From positions 17,484,001 through 17,548,000 of the forward strand of contig CM022676.1 of the NCBI GenBank assembly GCA_012295275.1: DNA of 64,000 nucleotides, given 5' to 3'. A model generated the notes under the pieces. That model saw only the letters and a list, made by a program, of their open reading frames with translations. It made no database searches and was not told the origin of the DNA. Position numbers and translations under genes: made by a program. Shown piece after piece: positions 13,239-26,376 of this stretch (positions within the stretch are counted from its first letter, which is position 1; each line of letters opens with the position of its first letter). Source of the DNA: Chrysomallon squamiferum. Lineage: Eukaryota > Animalia > Mollusca.

Positions 13239-13319
13239 CCAGTTCCCTTGCTCACCTGTAAGCCCAGGTAAACCATTATGAGCTGGATCTCCATGCTTAC
13301 CTTTTTCACCTGGAAAACT
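13239..13319 (-). pseudogene. Collagen-like Gly-X-Y fragment (mirror at ~54643-54723, +)
   Basis: Reads SFP GEK GKH GDP AHN GLP GLT GEQ GNW. Confidence 0.55.
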
Positions 13320-14364
13320 ACGAATTAATTTAAATATTTAATATGCAGTTAATGTCATTTCATTTCATTTCTTTCACTCTATTTTATTTCATTTATTGTA
13401 TTTATTGTATTTCATTTCATTAGAAAATAGCAAAGTATAATTTTAAAAATCCAGGACCTGCTGAAAGTGAGAGTAGCTGGATGCAAGTGAAGATTTTATA
13501 ACAAAGCTGGGATTCTTCCTCCAGTTTGTTCAGACTGTAGTCAGCTGATGTTTGAACAGACATCTTCAGAGTCAGGTAGACTTATAGTGTCTCACACCAG
13601 ATAACTCTGTGAAATAACTAAAACATATGATATACTGAAATTTATAAAAGATTTATACTTAACTTATCAAAGTTAATTATTTGTGAATAAAAAAAAAATG
13701 AACCAAAAGATGTTAAATGTTTATCATTGATAATAATAATAATAAAATTAAAATAGTTATAATGATGTAACAATAAGTATAAAAGAGTAAATAATACTAA
13801 GAACTAAACTAAAAAATAACAGTCATAATAAAACAAGAGTGGAATAATAGGTTTCCACAATTTTATCTATTTATTTTTCATTACTTTTACCATGCTTTGA
13901 ACATTTTAGAATAATTAATTAATGAATAAATATATTTACTTTCTTAAAAATATTATAAAACTTTTAACCAGAGCAACATGCTTTGAACTCTGGATTTTTT
14001 TCAGACAAACCTCAGTTGTTTCTTTTCTGATAAAAACAACAAAGCCAAAAGAGAAAAATAAAAGTATATCTGTACAGTCTTTGAAGCTTAATTTTAAAAG
14101 TATATTTACAACAATTAATAAATAAACCATATATATATATATATAATGTAGGAGTGACATTTTCATAAATTAAAAATAATTATCAATTTAAAAAAAAAAA
14201 GATATCTACCTCTGAATGATTGTCCAGTTTAAATAGAGGTGACATCATATCACCAGAAACAAACACAAATAAAAATGAAGGAAGATTTCCACTTTCAGAA
14301 ACAAGCAGTCAGTTTCTGAAATACTGAAGATAGAAATAACTGAGTTTTTTAAACATATAACAAC

Positions 14365-14462
<98 letters not shown>

Positions 14463-14699
14463 AGTAAGAAACCTAATATAGCTAATATAATTAATTATTA
14501 AACCTGAAAAAAAATAAAACATGGAAAGAAACCTCAGTTGGACAACTGTAAAACACACAGATATATTTAAAAACTTATTACTGTTGAACTGAAATATGAA
14601 AAATCAAAAAATAAAATTGTATGATCTCAGCATTATGAAGTTCAACAGGTAACAGCCAATGTCACAAAATATTAAAAGTTATCACAAGATGCAATTAGT

Positions 14700-15520
14700 G
14701 ATATGTTCCGTTTAAGCGACTGGGAAATTAAAAAAAAAAAAAAAAAAACTATGGGTTAGTCGCCAAAAACATATTATTTTGTTGACCGATATTTTCTACA
14801 GGTTATAATATAAGATCCACTGTTAATAATTTTATCGCAAATATTTATTTCACATAAAAGAATTGCTCGTAGTTCCATAAGTTGAACGTATCGGCTTACC
14901 TTAATTTGCCAACTTATATTTATAAACACTAATGCTACAAAAAAGCCAGCGAGCACTTCCAGCCCGATATGTTAAAGTTATCGGTTTGTTAACGGAACAA
15001 GTAATCGTAGGAGATAAATCTGTAACGAAGTATTTGCTATTGTTTTTCTTCTTCCATTCGAACAATTAATTGGCTAAGGTGAAACCAGGGAACAAATCTA
15101 GCGAACTTTTAACCCGTTAGGTTAAAGAATTATCGGTTGGTTAACTGAACAAGTAGTCATGGGAGATAACTCTATAACCTCGTATTTGCTATTGTTTTTC
15201 CTTTTCAGTTCCAGTAGGGTTACTTACCCGCAAGTCTCTCCACATCTTAACGGTAATAACTGTTATATTTTAGCAATGATCAAAATTCCTTGTAGTTAAA
15301 TATGTTCGTTTTACACAACCACTAACTAAAGGCTGACCGCTGTGTATTAATTACTTGCTGATAAAATTTGTTTTGTATAATGCAGTCATGCTTCCGGGTT
15401 CAGTTCGGGAGACATGTTTTCTCCAGTAATTCATGAAACATGGTTAACGTTAAAACCTAAAAACATTTTGCATAAATTTTGGAGGTGTTCAGCTATTATT
15501 CGTCATATATTGGCTATATT
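14700..15520 (-). promoter_or_regulatory. CpG-retaining promoter-like region with first-exon donor (mirror ~52470-53280, +)
   Basis: Local CpG retention, ETS-like CTTCCGG at 15391, strong GG|GTAAGT donor at 15223-15228 (-), internal diverged duplication 14970-15205. Confidence 0.45.
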
Positions 15521-15717
15521 TCGAATTTGAATTTTAAAATTAATTAATTTTTAAACAAATCCAGATTGATAATTATATATAATGAACAAAACTTGTCACA
15601 TGTATTTTTTTTTTATAAATAGAGAAATAAACAAGAACAATTTAGATGATGTTTTGGACGGCATTTGATATAGTGTTGTTTTAACAGGAATAAATAAATC
15701 AGTTTTACTACTGTTAG

Positions 15718-15789
<72 letters not shown>

Positions 15790-16049
15790 TTTGTCATTCT
15801 TAAATTAATTAATTGTATATAGTATAAAATAAATTATTTACTTTGCTCTGGTTCGACATAAAAAAAAATGTCATCTATACTTGGGTAAATTATGTTTGCT
15901 TATCTTTTAGATGTGAAACTAACAATTGTTCTTTGTTTCATTATATATTTTCTTTCCTTAATATGTGTAAAAAATAAATAGGTAAGGAAAATATATTAAG
16001 CTTATATAAATATTGGTGCATTAACAAATTATAACTGATACAATTCTAA

Positions 16050-17010
16050 GCAAGTTGATGAATAAATAGTGGCAATGTTTCTAGTGTTCAACATGAAGTA
16101 AGCTGATAAACTAATATAGATAATGTTTCTAGAGTTCACACTAAGTATGTTGATAAACTTGTAGTCACAATGTTTCTAATAGTCAACATTAGGTAAGTTT
16201 ATAAACAAATAGTGACAGTGATTCTACAGTTCACACTAATTATGCTGCTAAACTGACAGTGATAGTGATTCCAGAGTTCACACTAATTATGCTGATAAAC
16301 TTGTAGTCACAATGTTTCTAATTAAGTAAGTTTATAAACTAATAGTTATAGTGATTCTACAGTTCACACTAAGCATGCTGATAAACTGACAGTGATAGTG
16401 ATTCTACAGTTCACACTAAGTATGCTGATAAACTGACAGTGATAGTGATTCTACAGTTCACACTAAGTATGCTGATAAACTGACAGTGATAGTGATTCTA
16501 CAGTTCACACTTAGTATGCTGATAAACTGACAGTGATAGTGATTCTACAGTTCACACTATGCTGATAAACTGACAGTGATAGTGATTCTACAGTTCACAC
16601 TAAGTATGCTGATAAACTGACAGTGATAGTGATTCTACAGTTCACACTTAGTATGCTGATAAACTGATACTGATAGTGATTCTACAATTCACACTAAGTA
16701 TGCTGCTAAACTGACAGTGATGGTGATTCTACAGTTCACACTAAGTATGCTGCTAAACTGACAGTGATAGTGATTCTACAGTTCACACTATATATACTGA
16801 TAAACTGACAGTGATAGTGATTCTACAGTTCACACTAAGTATGCTGATAAACTTGTAGTGACACTGTTTCTAGTAGTCACCACTAAGTAAACTGATAAAC
16901 TAATAGTGACAGTGATTCTACAGTTCACACTAAGTATGCTGATAAACTTGTAGTGACAATGTTTCTAGTAGTTCACACTAAGCCAGCTGCTAGTAGTGAA
17001 ACACTGACAG
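16050..17010 (+). repeat. 47-bp minisatellite, ~20 copies (mirror 51170-51950 has fewer)
   Basis: Unit gattctacagttcacactaagtatgctgataaactgacagtgatagt. Confidence 0.95.
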
Positions 17011-17830
17011 TAAGTTATTTCATCAGAAGATTGAAAGAAAGAAATAACATCACATCTTTTAAGCTTAGAATCAGATTTATTTACTAATCTAAAATGTTGT
17101 ATACAAGTCTGTGAAACTTAATATCAGAATATGATGAACTTTGTGTTATACTGAAAATGATTTTAACAAACTTTACAAAGTATGTTAATTCTTATTTATT
17201 TTATATGTCTATTTTTCTTTCTTTCCTCTCATTTTTATTCAAATATTATTAAATGAATTTACTTTTAAGGTGCTTTTACTTTACAGAAATATGCAGTGAC
17301 CAAGAATATTAATGAAAACCTGTCAATTTTGTGTGTCTTTGTGTGAGTGTGTGTGTTTTTATTAGTATGTGTCAAGTGTGACTTACTTTTGTCTTAAAAT
17401 GTTAATGAAGCTGTGTAAATCTTAACATAGGGAATTATAATTTGATTGAGACATCTTTGTTGATGTCTCTGAACTGTTATAAACTTGAGCTGAGAAGTAA
17501 AAGACTTTGCTGTTTGTTGTAAAATATTTTAACACTGTTAACAGAACACTACTTTATCACACTCTAGTGTTGATTGTTTTCTGATAAGAAGAAAGAAAGG
17601 CTAGTGCAGTTTATGGAATGTGACACAAACACTCAGATGACAGGTGTTAATCAAGGAGATGTATGTGGACTAAAAAATATAAAATGCAGTATATAGCCGA
17701 GGCAAAACATTTTAAATTGTTTTCATTTTATATGTAGTTTTCTGTTAAAGAAATGTCATCAGTGGAATCATTATTAACATACTCTTTTGTGATTTTTATT
17801 TTTTACAATTTTTAGTTTTTATTCACTCAG

Positions 17831-18095
17831 ATGCAGACAGTTGTATTGCAGCAGAAGGCTGCATCGATGACATCGGCAGTTAATGTGATACAGTGTCCGG
17901 ATCAGACAACAACTGCATTGCAAGCAGCCAGTGTCATTCAGTCTCAGCCACGTGTACAGCAACCAGCAGCATCAGTGACATTGTTATTGTAACTGACACA
18001 CCTGATATGTGATTTCTGAAACAAATTAGGATAAAACAGACAAAGTTTGTTTGTGCTGGATAATGTAAACAGCAAACCAGTAGAATTTATAGAAG
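17831..18095 (+). pseudogene. Exon-like segment, possibly a Cys-rich extracellular repeat remnant
   Basis: ctcag acceptor and AG|gtgagt donor; DADSCIAAEGCIDDIGS*CDTVSGSDNNCIASSQCHSVSATCT contains stops. Confidence 0.3.
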
Positions 18096-18388
18096 GTGAG
18101 TTAAAAGATTAATTATAGTTATAACATTTTATTATATTTTTAATTTATATGACTCAAGTTTAATAATAAAACTTTCTTGTATTTGTAAGACTTCTAGTGA
18201 TAAAACTTATCTCTAATGTATGACTTTAGTCTAGTTATAAAAGTTATTACATTTATGATTAGAAGACTTCAGTTCCGTTACAAAATTTCATTACAAAGTT
18301 TAGCCTCCAGGGACCATATTTAGTTGAAATCTGACAGTTTGTTTAGCCTCATTAAACAAACTGATATCTCTAAATAAGTACTGAGAGG

Positions 18389-18428
<40 letters not shown>

Positions 18429-20004
18429 TGATCAAGATTTAGCATTTATTCTAATTGACTGAACATTTTAATTCTTTAATTTTATAATGTCATAGTACTT
18501 TCATTTATTTCAATATTCTGTGATCAAATCAAAAGTGGCATATTTTGTTTTATGATTTACTAAGTGAGGTGTCTGTGTGTTATACAATCAAGGTGTTCAA
18601 GTCTGTATTTAGAAAATACAAATAGCAGAATATAATATTTTGTTAAAGATGACTGGTGTGGTTCATACCATTCTGCTACTACTGGATTTTAACAGTGTAT
18701 CATCCAAACTTCTTTCTTATTTACTAGATCACAGCTCTGATTTCAAATTACTTCACAAAATCTTGTATATAAATTCAAAATTATTGTACTGTTTATAGCT
18801 TAGAAATAATATGAAAAAGATATTTAAACTAAATGACAGTCTTAAAATTAATTTCTTATTTTATACGTGCTAGATGTTTACTTTAAAAATGTAAAAAGTA
18901 AAATTTGTCATGAGCAGTCCGAGATGGCAATTACATCTACATGTTAAAAAGAGAACAAATCATTTGATAAAATATTTAAATTTTCTACAAAAATCTTAAA
19001 TGTTCAATTATTATATTCCAAATTCCTATAACGTTTCAGCAAAAACATAATGTAACAGTTTTGTTTCAATATACTAATAAGCTGAAATGAAACAAAATAA
19101 TAAAACAACAAAAACACTTGTACAAGATTAATATTAAATATGTTTTATGTAGCTACCAGAATATTTAAAAAAAACAAATGAACAAGTAAATAAAGTGAAA
19201 ATGTATAGATTAGTTTAATTACTGAAACATTAGTCTTAATCATTATAGTAAAGTTATTAAGGACTAGTTAGTAAGACAAATAAAAACAAACAGTATGCAC
19301 ATTTAGTACACAAACTAAACATTTGAGATACCTGGCATTAAAAATTAAATTATGCAAATAATTATCTTAACAGAGAAATAATAATAAAATAATGGATAAT
19401 TTCTCTCCTCGAAAAAAAAAAAAAAAACCATTGTCATATTATAACAAGAAGTTAGCTCCCCTTACACCAGCTTCATAAATAAGCACATATAAGTAAAATG
19501 CAAATAAAATTAATTAAAATATTTTACTGCAGTAAATAAATTTAAAATGTAATCATCGTGAATAATGTTTAATGTTGATAATTATTGTTCCGAGATATCG
19601 ATTGTGTAGGTCATGGTTATGCGTTAATTTCCCCATATTAGAGAGTGCACCACATTCGAGCAGTACGTCAACCAGTGCTTTACTAAACATCTGTGGATTC
19701 ATTACTACAGTAGACTATTTCGAAACATTATGTTAAGAAATTTTAAGAACAAAGTGAAAAAAAAACAATATTAATAAAATGATGATTTACCGAGTTGAAA
19801 CTATTTTGCTATCTTACCTATGTTGTAGTAGTAGTAGTAGTAGTAGTAGTAATAATAATAATAAATGCCAGTTTAGATAAACGATTTCAGAGTCATCACA
19901 TACATACATACATACATACATACGTACATACACACATATACATGTACATTCAAACATGCACATATCTACAGACACACACGTTTAATTTCTTTGTTTTTCT
20001 TCAT

Positions 20005-20597
20005 TTGTAGTGGTATCAATAATATGTAATAGCAGTAGTAATAATAGTAACAATAATCTGTAATAGTAGTGGTAGTACTGGTATCAGTAGAATGTAATAC
20101 TTGTTGTAGTGGTATTAATAATATGTAATAGTAGTAGTAGTTGTGGTATCAATTATATGTAATAGTAGTAATAATGGTATCAATAATATGTAATAGTAGT
20201 AATAATATGTATAGTAGTAATAATATGTATAGTAGTAGTAGTAATATAATATAGTAGTAGTAGTAGTAGTAGTAGTAGTATCAGTAATATGTAATAGTAG
20301 TAGTAGTATTAATAAAATGTAATAGTAGTAGTATTAGTATTAATAACATGTAATAGCAGTAGTAGTATTAATAATATGTAATTGTAGTAGTGGTATCAAT
20401 AATATATAATAGTAATAGCAGTGGCATCAATAATATGTAATAGTAGCAGTAATAATGGTATCAATAACATATAATAGTAGTAGTAGTAGTATTAATAATA
20501 TGTAGTAGTAGTAGTAGTAGTGGTATCAATAAAATGTAATAGTATAGTAGTGGTATTAATAATATCTAATAGTAGTAGTAGTATTAATAATATGTAT

Positions 20598-20629
<32 letters not shown>

Positions 20630-20695
20630 ATAATATGTAGTAGTATTAATAATATGTAATAGTAGTAGTAGTATTAATAATATGTAGTAGTGGCA
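20005..20695 (+). repeat. Compound (AGT)n/aataatatgt degenerate tandem repeat (mirror 47590-48165)
   Basis: Repeated tagtagtagtattaataatatgtaa variants. Confidence 0.9.
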
Positions 20696-20865
20696 GTGGA
20701 ATGGTCTCACAGTAGCACCAAATAGAGATCACTGTATTAATTGTAATAATGGTTTTCATAGTAATTATTTTTATATACATTTACCAGTACATACTCACAC
20801 GTTGATACGTTGATATATACATACATTCACACAGACATTCACATACGTACGAATATACATACCCC

Positions 20866-20898
<33 letters not shown>

Positions 20899-21381
20899 TT
20901 AGACTGACGCACACATGCACTTAGACTCACACAACTGTGTATTAGATCTCACTGTGTGGATAAACTACAGACATGTTTACTATCACTTTCTTCTCAAACA
21001 TAAGTTGTTTAACAAACGAACTTCTCAAATACGCGACACAACGTGCTAGTGAATCTGATCTGATTTCACAGTGAAAATACTCACTGCCAGACTGCGTTAC
21101 ATAATTACATTAGTTACAACAACATGTCTGTGTAACAAGTATATTTGTAACATGTATTGTGGGGTGGGATTTGCGGTTTGTCAAACACCCCCACACACAT
21201 CCACATTTGAGACGTCATGATTGGACTTTGTTCTCCTGTGTCAGTGTGTTGCTGAGTATTCTGTGTGCAGCATAATTAAAAGTATCCAGATGTCCTTTCA
21301 TAAGTATAAAGTAAAAGAGCAGTATAACATATTGATGTCCATTATATACTGTTTATTCCATTCTAACAACATATAATACTA

Positions 21382-21445
<64 letters not shown>

Positions 21446-22105
21446 TAAAAACGCGTTTCTTTCAGTTCATTTGGAATGAAAAACCCGATAAGATAGAACA
21501 AATATTAGTTCGCGATTTTATTGATTTAAGAGCAATGAATGTTATGTTGTAATGCACTAAAATATCGTTGGTTACAAGTGTGTTTAAACCAAGACATTAT
21601 CTCTCTTTTAAGTGATCATTTACAATATAGGGCTTCGCTCATTTTTGTTTTTGAGTCAGTCTATAGCAAAACAAAATCGTTGCTATGCACGAAACCCTAT
21701 TGAAATAAATGTGTTATGTATACATGTTATATCTACGTGTTATCTTCTTCCACTCAAGGTAACTACACACACTCGTCTTAGATATTTTCAGTACGAGATC
21801 TTGTTATTTATCTTAACAACAAATAAGTAATTGGTATTATATGGTATAAAAGGTTCAGAGAAATTTTAATTTTGTATTATGTCTAGTAAAGATTTAAGGC
21901 ACATCTTTTGATTATGTAAACAACTTCAGACATTCTGTAAATATATCATAACAATTTAGCGACAGAAAATGGAATCATATGCATTTTTAAATTAGTTTTC
22001 TGTTTATGCACTTTTGTATGTTTCTTACAGTAACACATATTTGAATTCATTTCACAAACATTTACTACTAGGACTGTCTAGGACATTTATTATTATTATT
22101 ATTAC

Positions 22106-22187
<82 letters not shown>

Positions 22188-24165
22188 GATATTGTAGAAA
22201 CTTATCTATTTAGCACATTAATTTACTTTAGTTGTTTTTTTATATTCAAATGGATTAGCATACAGAAAGAGGGTAACCATTTGTCCCTGCCTCCGACTTA
22301 AACAAGGATAACGCAAAATCTAGTTACCAACATAGTTGTCTAATAATGGCCGCGAACTCGACCGTCCCACGCGTTCTCTGTGTCTTTGTCTTTTCTTTGA
22401 TCCCCCCCCGGGCTCTTTTGTCTCTTACTTAAATAAACTTAATGCGTATCAATGGCGGAGTCGAGAAAAATTCCTTTTGTCTCTCGCTAATGATAGTTAA
22501 TTTTTAAAAGATTTCATTAATTGGATTACTGTTAACTAACAATACATATTAGATTAATATATACTGTTAGGAATTTTTGTAGAAATGAATGGGCAACATA
22601 TTCACTTACTTTAACGGTACATACAGTTTAGTTATGATATCTTAGACTGTATTAAAGTAAGCTATTTAATTAAATAATCATTATCTTTCCGATATTATCA
22701 AAAACTGTATCTTACTGGTACAACAATATCAAATATTATAATAAGTAAACAAAAGAAATAGCTACTAGCGGATTCTAGAAGTAGGTATAAATTAAATTGC
22801 AATCCGTGGTTTAATAAATTAGTTGGGACCAATTTTCTAACTTAAACACCACAGAAGACAGTACATCTAAATATCGCTGAGAAATCTTTCCACAGCTTGA
22901 TCGCGTATCCTATTAGGGTATAGTTAAGGTCTCTACTGCGTGAGGTAAGAAAACAGTTTGCCGTCTTAGTTGTATTATTGTATACTGTATTTTATGTGGT
23001 GACTTAAAATATAATAAAAAGAAAGAAAGAAAGAAAACAAATACAAATAAATAATCAAATAAAAAGGAATAAGTGAAACCAATAAATAATTTAAAAAAAA
23101 TAAAAATAAACACAAACTAAAAATAAAAATTATTTCTCCAAGTGATGAGTAGAAGTGTTAATATTTGAACAATGATTATTATTTTCGTTTCTGTTTTTAT
23201 GTTTATATTCAGGCCCTACACATATATATTTTATTATATTATATTATATTATATCACACTCACACACACACAACATAAATAATAAACGTGGTTTTGCGTT
23301 TAGGTCGCTTTGACTCAAAACATGTACAAATAAAAGAGGGTCCCATATTTTCTGATTCACCATTACATTGCATTTTTCACGATGCTAGGTATAACGTTTC
23401 CTGTCGCCAGTACTATTAACATGCTATTTTTTATCTGACCTACATAACAGATACTTGTTAGCGATTAGTTTTTCATCAATATAGTGTGAGAAATAAATGT
23501 ATTACATACAAAATAAGTAATGACAAATATATATATATATTTAACAGGTTCGAAACACAAGTTACATTATACGGGACACATTGTATGCAACAAAATATGT
23601 GCATGTATTTACCACTAAAGGTGGCCTGACCTGTACGACATCTGATTTCAATCACGTGTTTATGAGCAGACGACATTGTAAACAGCGATACACAGAAGAT
23701 ATTTCAGTGACCTGTCAAACAGGACGTTGTCAGTTCCAGGAAAACACTCACCAAGCAAGGACGCACTTTCTTAGGCAGACAGCCATTTTGAAATTTGAAG
23801 GTATTTTGTATTTTATTGTAATTTAACATATGCGGTACAATTATTACTTTGCTTAAATCAGATCAGACATTTTGAATTTGAAATCTATTTTGTCAAGGCT
23901 ATACAGTTTTTGTGTGAATTGTCTTTAACGATTTTATTTGTTTTAGATTTCTTATACCTAACACACTGGTTTATGATAAATATCGAAGAATAGTTAATAA
24001 TAACAACACCAACAACAACAACAACAACAATAAATAAAAAAAATACTAATAGGAAATAAAAGTACTAAGAACAAATAAAAATAACAATGGTATCGTGATT
24101 ATAATAATAATTATTATTGTATTAGTAGTAGTACTAGCAGTAGTTGTAATAGTATCACCTAAATA

Positions 24166-24510
24166 CAGGTACCGGACCAATTATAGGTACTCCTTGGGGC
24201 CTGAGGCATTCCGAATTTCTGGATCTTCCGGTTTTCTCGTGCCAAGGCATCTAAGTTCGTAAATATTTAGGCATAAACATTTTATTTAAAAAAAAAAAAA
24301 AAAAAAAAGAAAATTGACGACACACAACTGTGGCGACTCGACACGTAAACAATGCGGCGAGTGAATGAACAGCACGCGGCTTGAAAGAGTAGTTACGGTC
24401 TGATGAGGACAAAACCCGCGCGCGCAAAATATGAAAATTACGTCGGGGAAAAGTTCCGGTTTTCTGGTCTTTCGGGATTTCAGAACGCCGGATAATTTGT
24501 CCGGTATCTG
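24166..24510. mobile_element. MITE, Tc1/mariner-like (TA target site)
   Basis: TA|CAGGTACCGGACCAATTAT ... ATAATTTGTCCGGTATCTG|TA terminal inverted repeats; no ORF. Confidence 0.8.
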
Positions 24511-24774
24511 TAGAGTTCAGTGTATCGTTTATAGTTTATACTCTATCTGATTATTTCATGTTACTTTGTGTCATTTTATTTATATATTTATTAATTAATA
24601 AAATTCTTTATTGATTTATTGATCCCTCATCTCTGTGATCAATAGTAGAGTTAAACAGAAATTACTCGTTTCTAAGAAATTATCGATCAGAACATTTTTC
24701 AGGTAAGTAACTATTTGGATACTACAATGTGTTTTATATTGTGTTAATTTAATTTAATTTAATTTAATTTAATA

Positions 24775-24821
<47 letters not shown>

Positions 24822-25439
24822 TATCTATTTGCGTGTGTTCATCTCAGTCTTTCTTTCTTTCTTCATTAGTTTCTTCCTGCTTATCTAACGTTCCTATTGG
24901 AATATCACCCGTTCCAGCCAGTGTATAATATGTTATTGTATTTTTTAATATTTTTGTTTTTTATCGCTGTTATTGATAATCATATAATAAACAGTATTAC
25001 AACGTGAGGCTTTTTAAAGGTATGGAACGTGCCAAAAGAAGATGTGATAATATTATCTTATATCATAGTATTGTTTTCTATTTACGAGTTTGTTAGTTTG
25101 TTCTGTTTATTGGAAATAATTGGGTTGTCTATATCTTCTTCCATGAAATGATGACAAATGTAAATATTTTCATATTTTCAAGGGTTTATTTCTACACTAA
25201 TGGGCAGAGAGTTTTTTAACAATGAATTTATCAGATCGTTGTAAATAACACCCGAGTTTATCTTTGTGTTTCTCATATAGAAGTTACACGCTATTTTTAT
25301 CTGGCCTACATTACAAACAAACGTCACGTGTTAGCTTAACTTGATATACTGGTCATGTAAGCATCGTCAGGGAAATAAAATAGGTACACGTATATTTAGT
25401 GCACTGTAAAATTTATTTCTTCCACCTCTGCACGCCACT

Positions 25440-25550
25440 GCACTTGATGACGTGTAAATTATCTGACGTCACTCGCGTGTTTATCAGTGGAGGATTTTGA
25501 GAACCAAAAGAACACAAAGCAGAAATAAAACAAGTCGGCCATATTGAAAG
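25440..25550 (+). promoter_or_regulatory. CRE + YY1-like module of the BTB upstream region (orphan copy)
   Basis: TGACGTCA 25464-25471 and GGCCATATTG; homologous to 32100-32205 and 42525-42615. Confidence 0.45.
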
Positions 25551-26376
25551 TCTTTGATATTTTTATTTTGCTTTTACTTTTCCACTGTTCTTAATTTATT
25601 ACTAAATATATCAGACTTTGTTCTCTAACAAATAGATTATTTAAGTGTGAGGTTTTCTAAATTGAAATGAAACAAGGTTACGTACATACTGACTTTAGTA
25701 TGCTCTTATTATTATTGTTAGTAGTAGTAGCAGTCATAGTAGTAATATCTTTAATACTAGTACTACTACTGTTACTACCCTATTAAAGCCATTATTTTTT
25801 TTATTGATATAGTTTGCTATTTATTGCTTACTTTATTTCATTTTGTTTTATTTTATTTTAATTTTAATTCATTTATTCTTAGATCGGTGATAGCGGTGAT
25901 CTACAGCAGTTTAGTCGACAGAGAGAAAATCGTCGCTTAAATAAATTGTCCATCAGCAAGTTTAAATTAGAAGGTATTTTAAATTGTTTTCTATTTCAAA
26001 AATATCGCATCCTGTTATTTTTTTTTTAATTTTAATTTTTTTTTTTTTTAATAATATTTCTTGTTCTTTAGTGTTTCATTTTAGATCTGTCACTGACGGA
26101 TAATTTTGCTGACTTTTCGAGAAGCAAATTGTTATAAATGACCACAAGTACATTGCGATATGAAAATCATTTCTCCCACAGTGAAATATTTCTTACCTGA
26201 CTGACCACACACCTCTGTTTATAATAATAATAATAATGATAATTGTAATAATAATTCTTTATGTCTTCGTCATCATTGTTATAAATCATTACCATAACCG
26301 CAAGGTATTTCTTTTTTATCCTTTATCAGTCCGATATTTTTCTTTCTTTCCTTATCTTTTATTAATATAATAAAAT

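Larger units (their letters stand above)
11609..26368 (+). repeat. Left arm of large inverted duplication
   Basis: Reverse complement of 41735-56397; mirrored ORF pairs include 13922/53838, 14774/53027, 19795/48164, 21612/46459, 22913/45177 and 23581/44456. Confidence 0.97.

Noticed and set aside
17130-17156. ATGATGA...CTGA C/D box pair
   Set aside because: Spacing far too short for a snoRNA and no terminal stem
21612-23826. Short ORFs conserved in two places (also 44456-46677)
   Set aside because: Conservation simply reflects the inverted duplication; no recognisable domains
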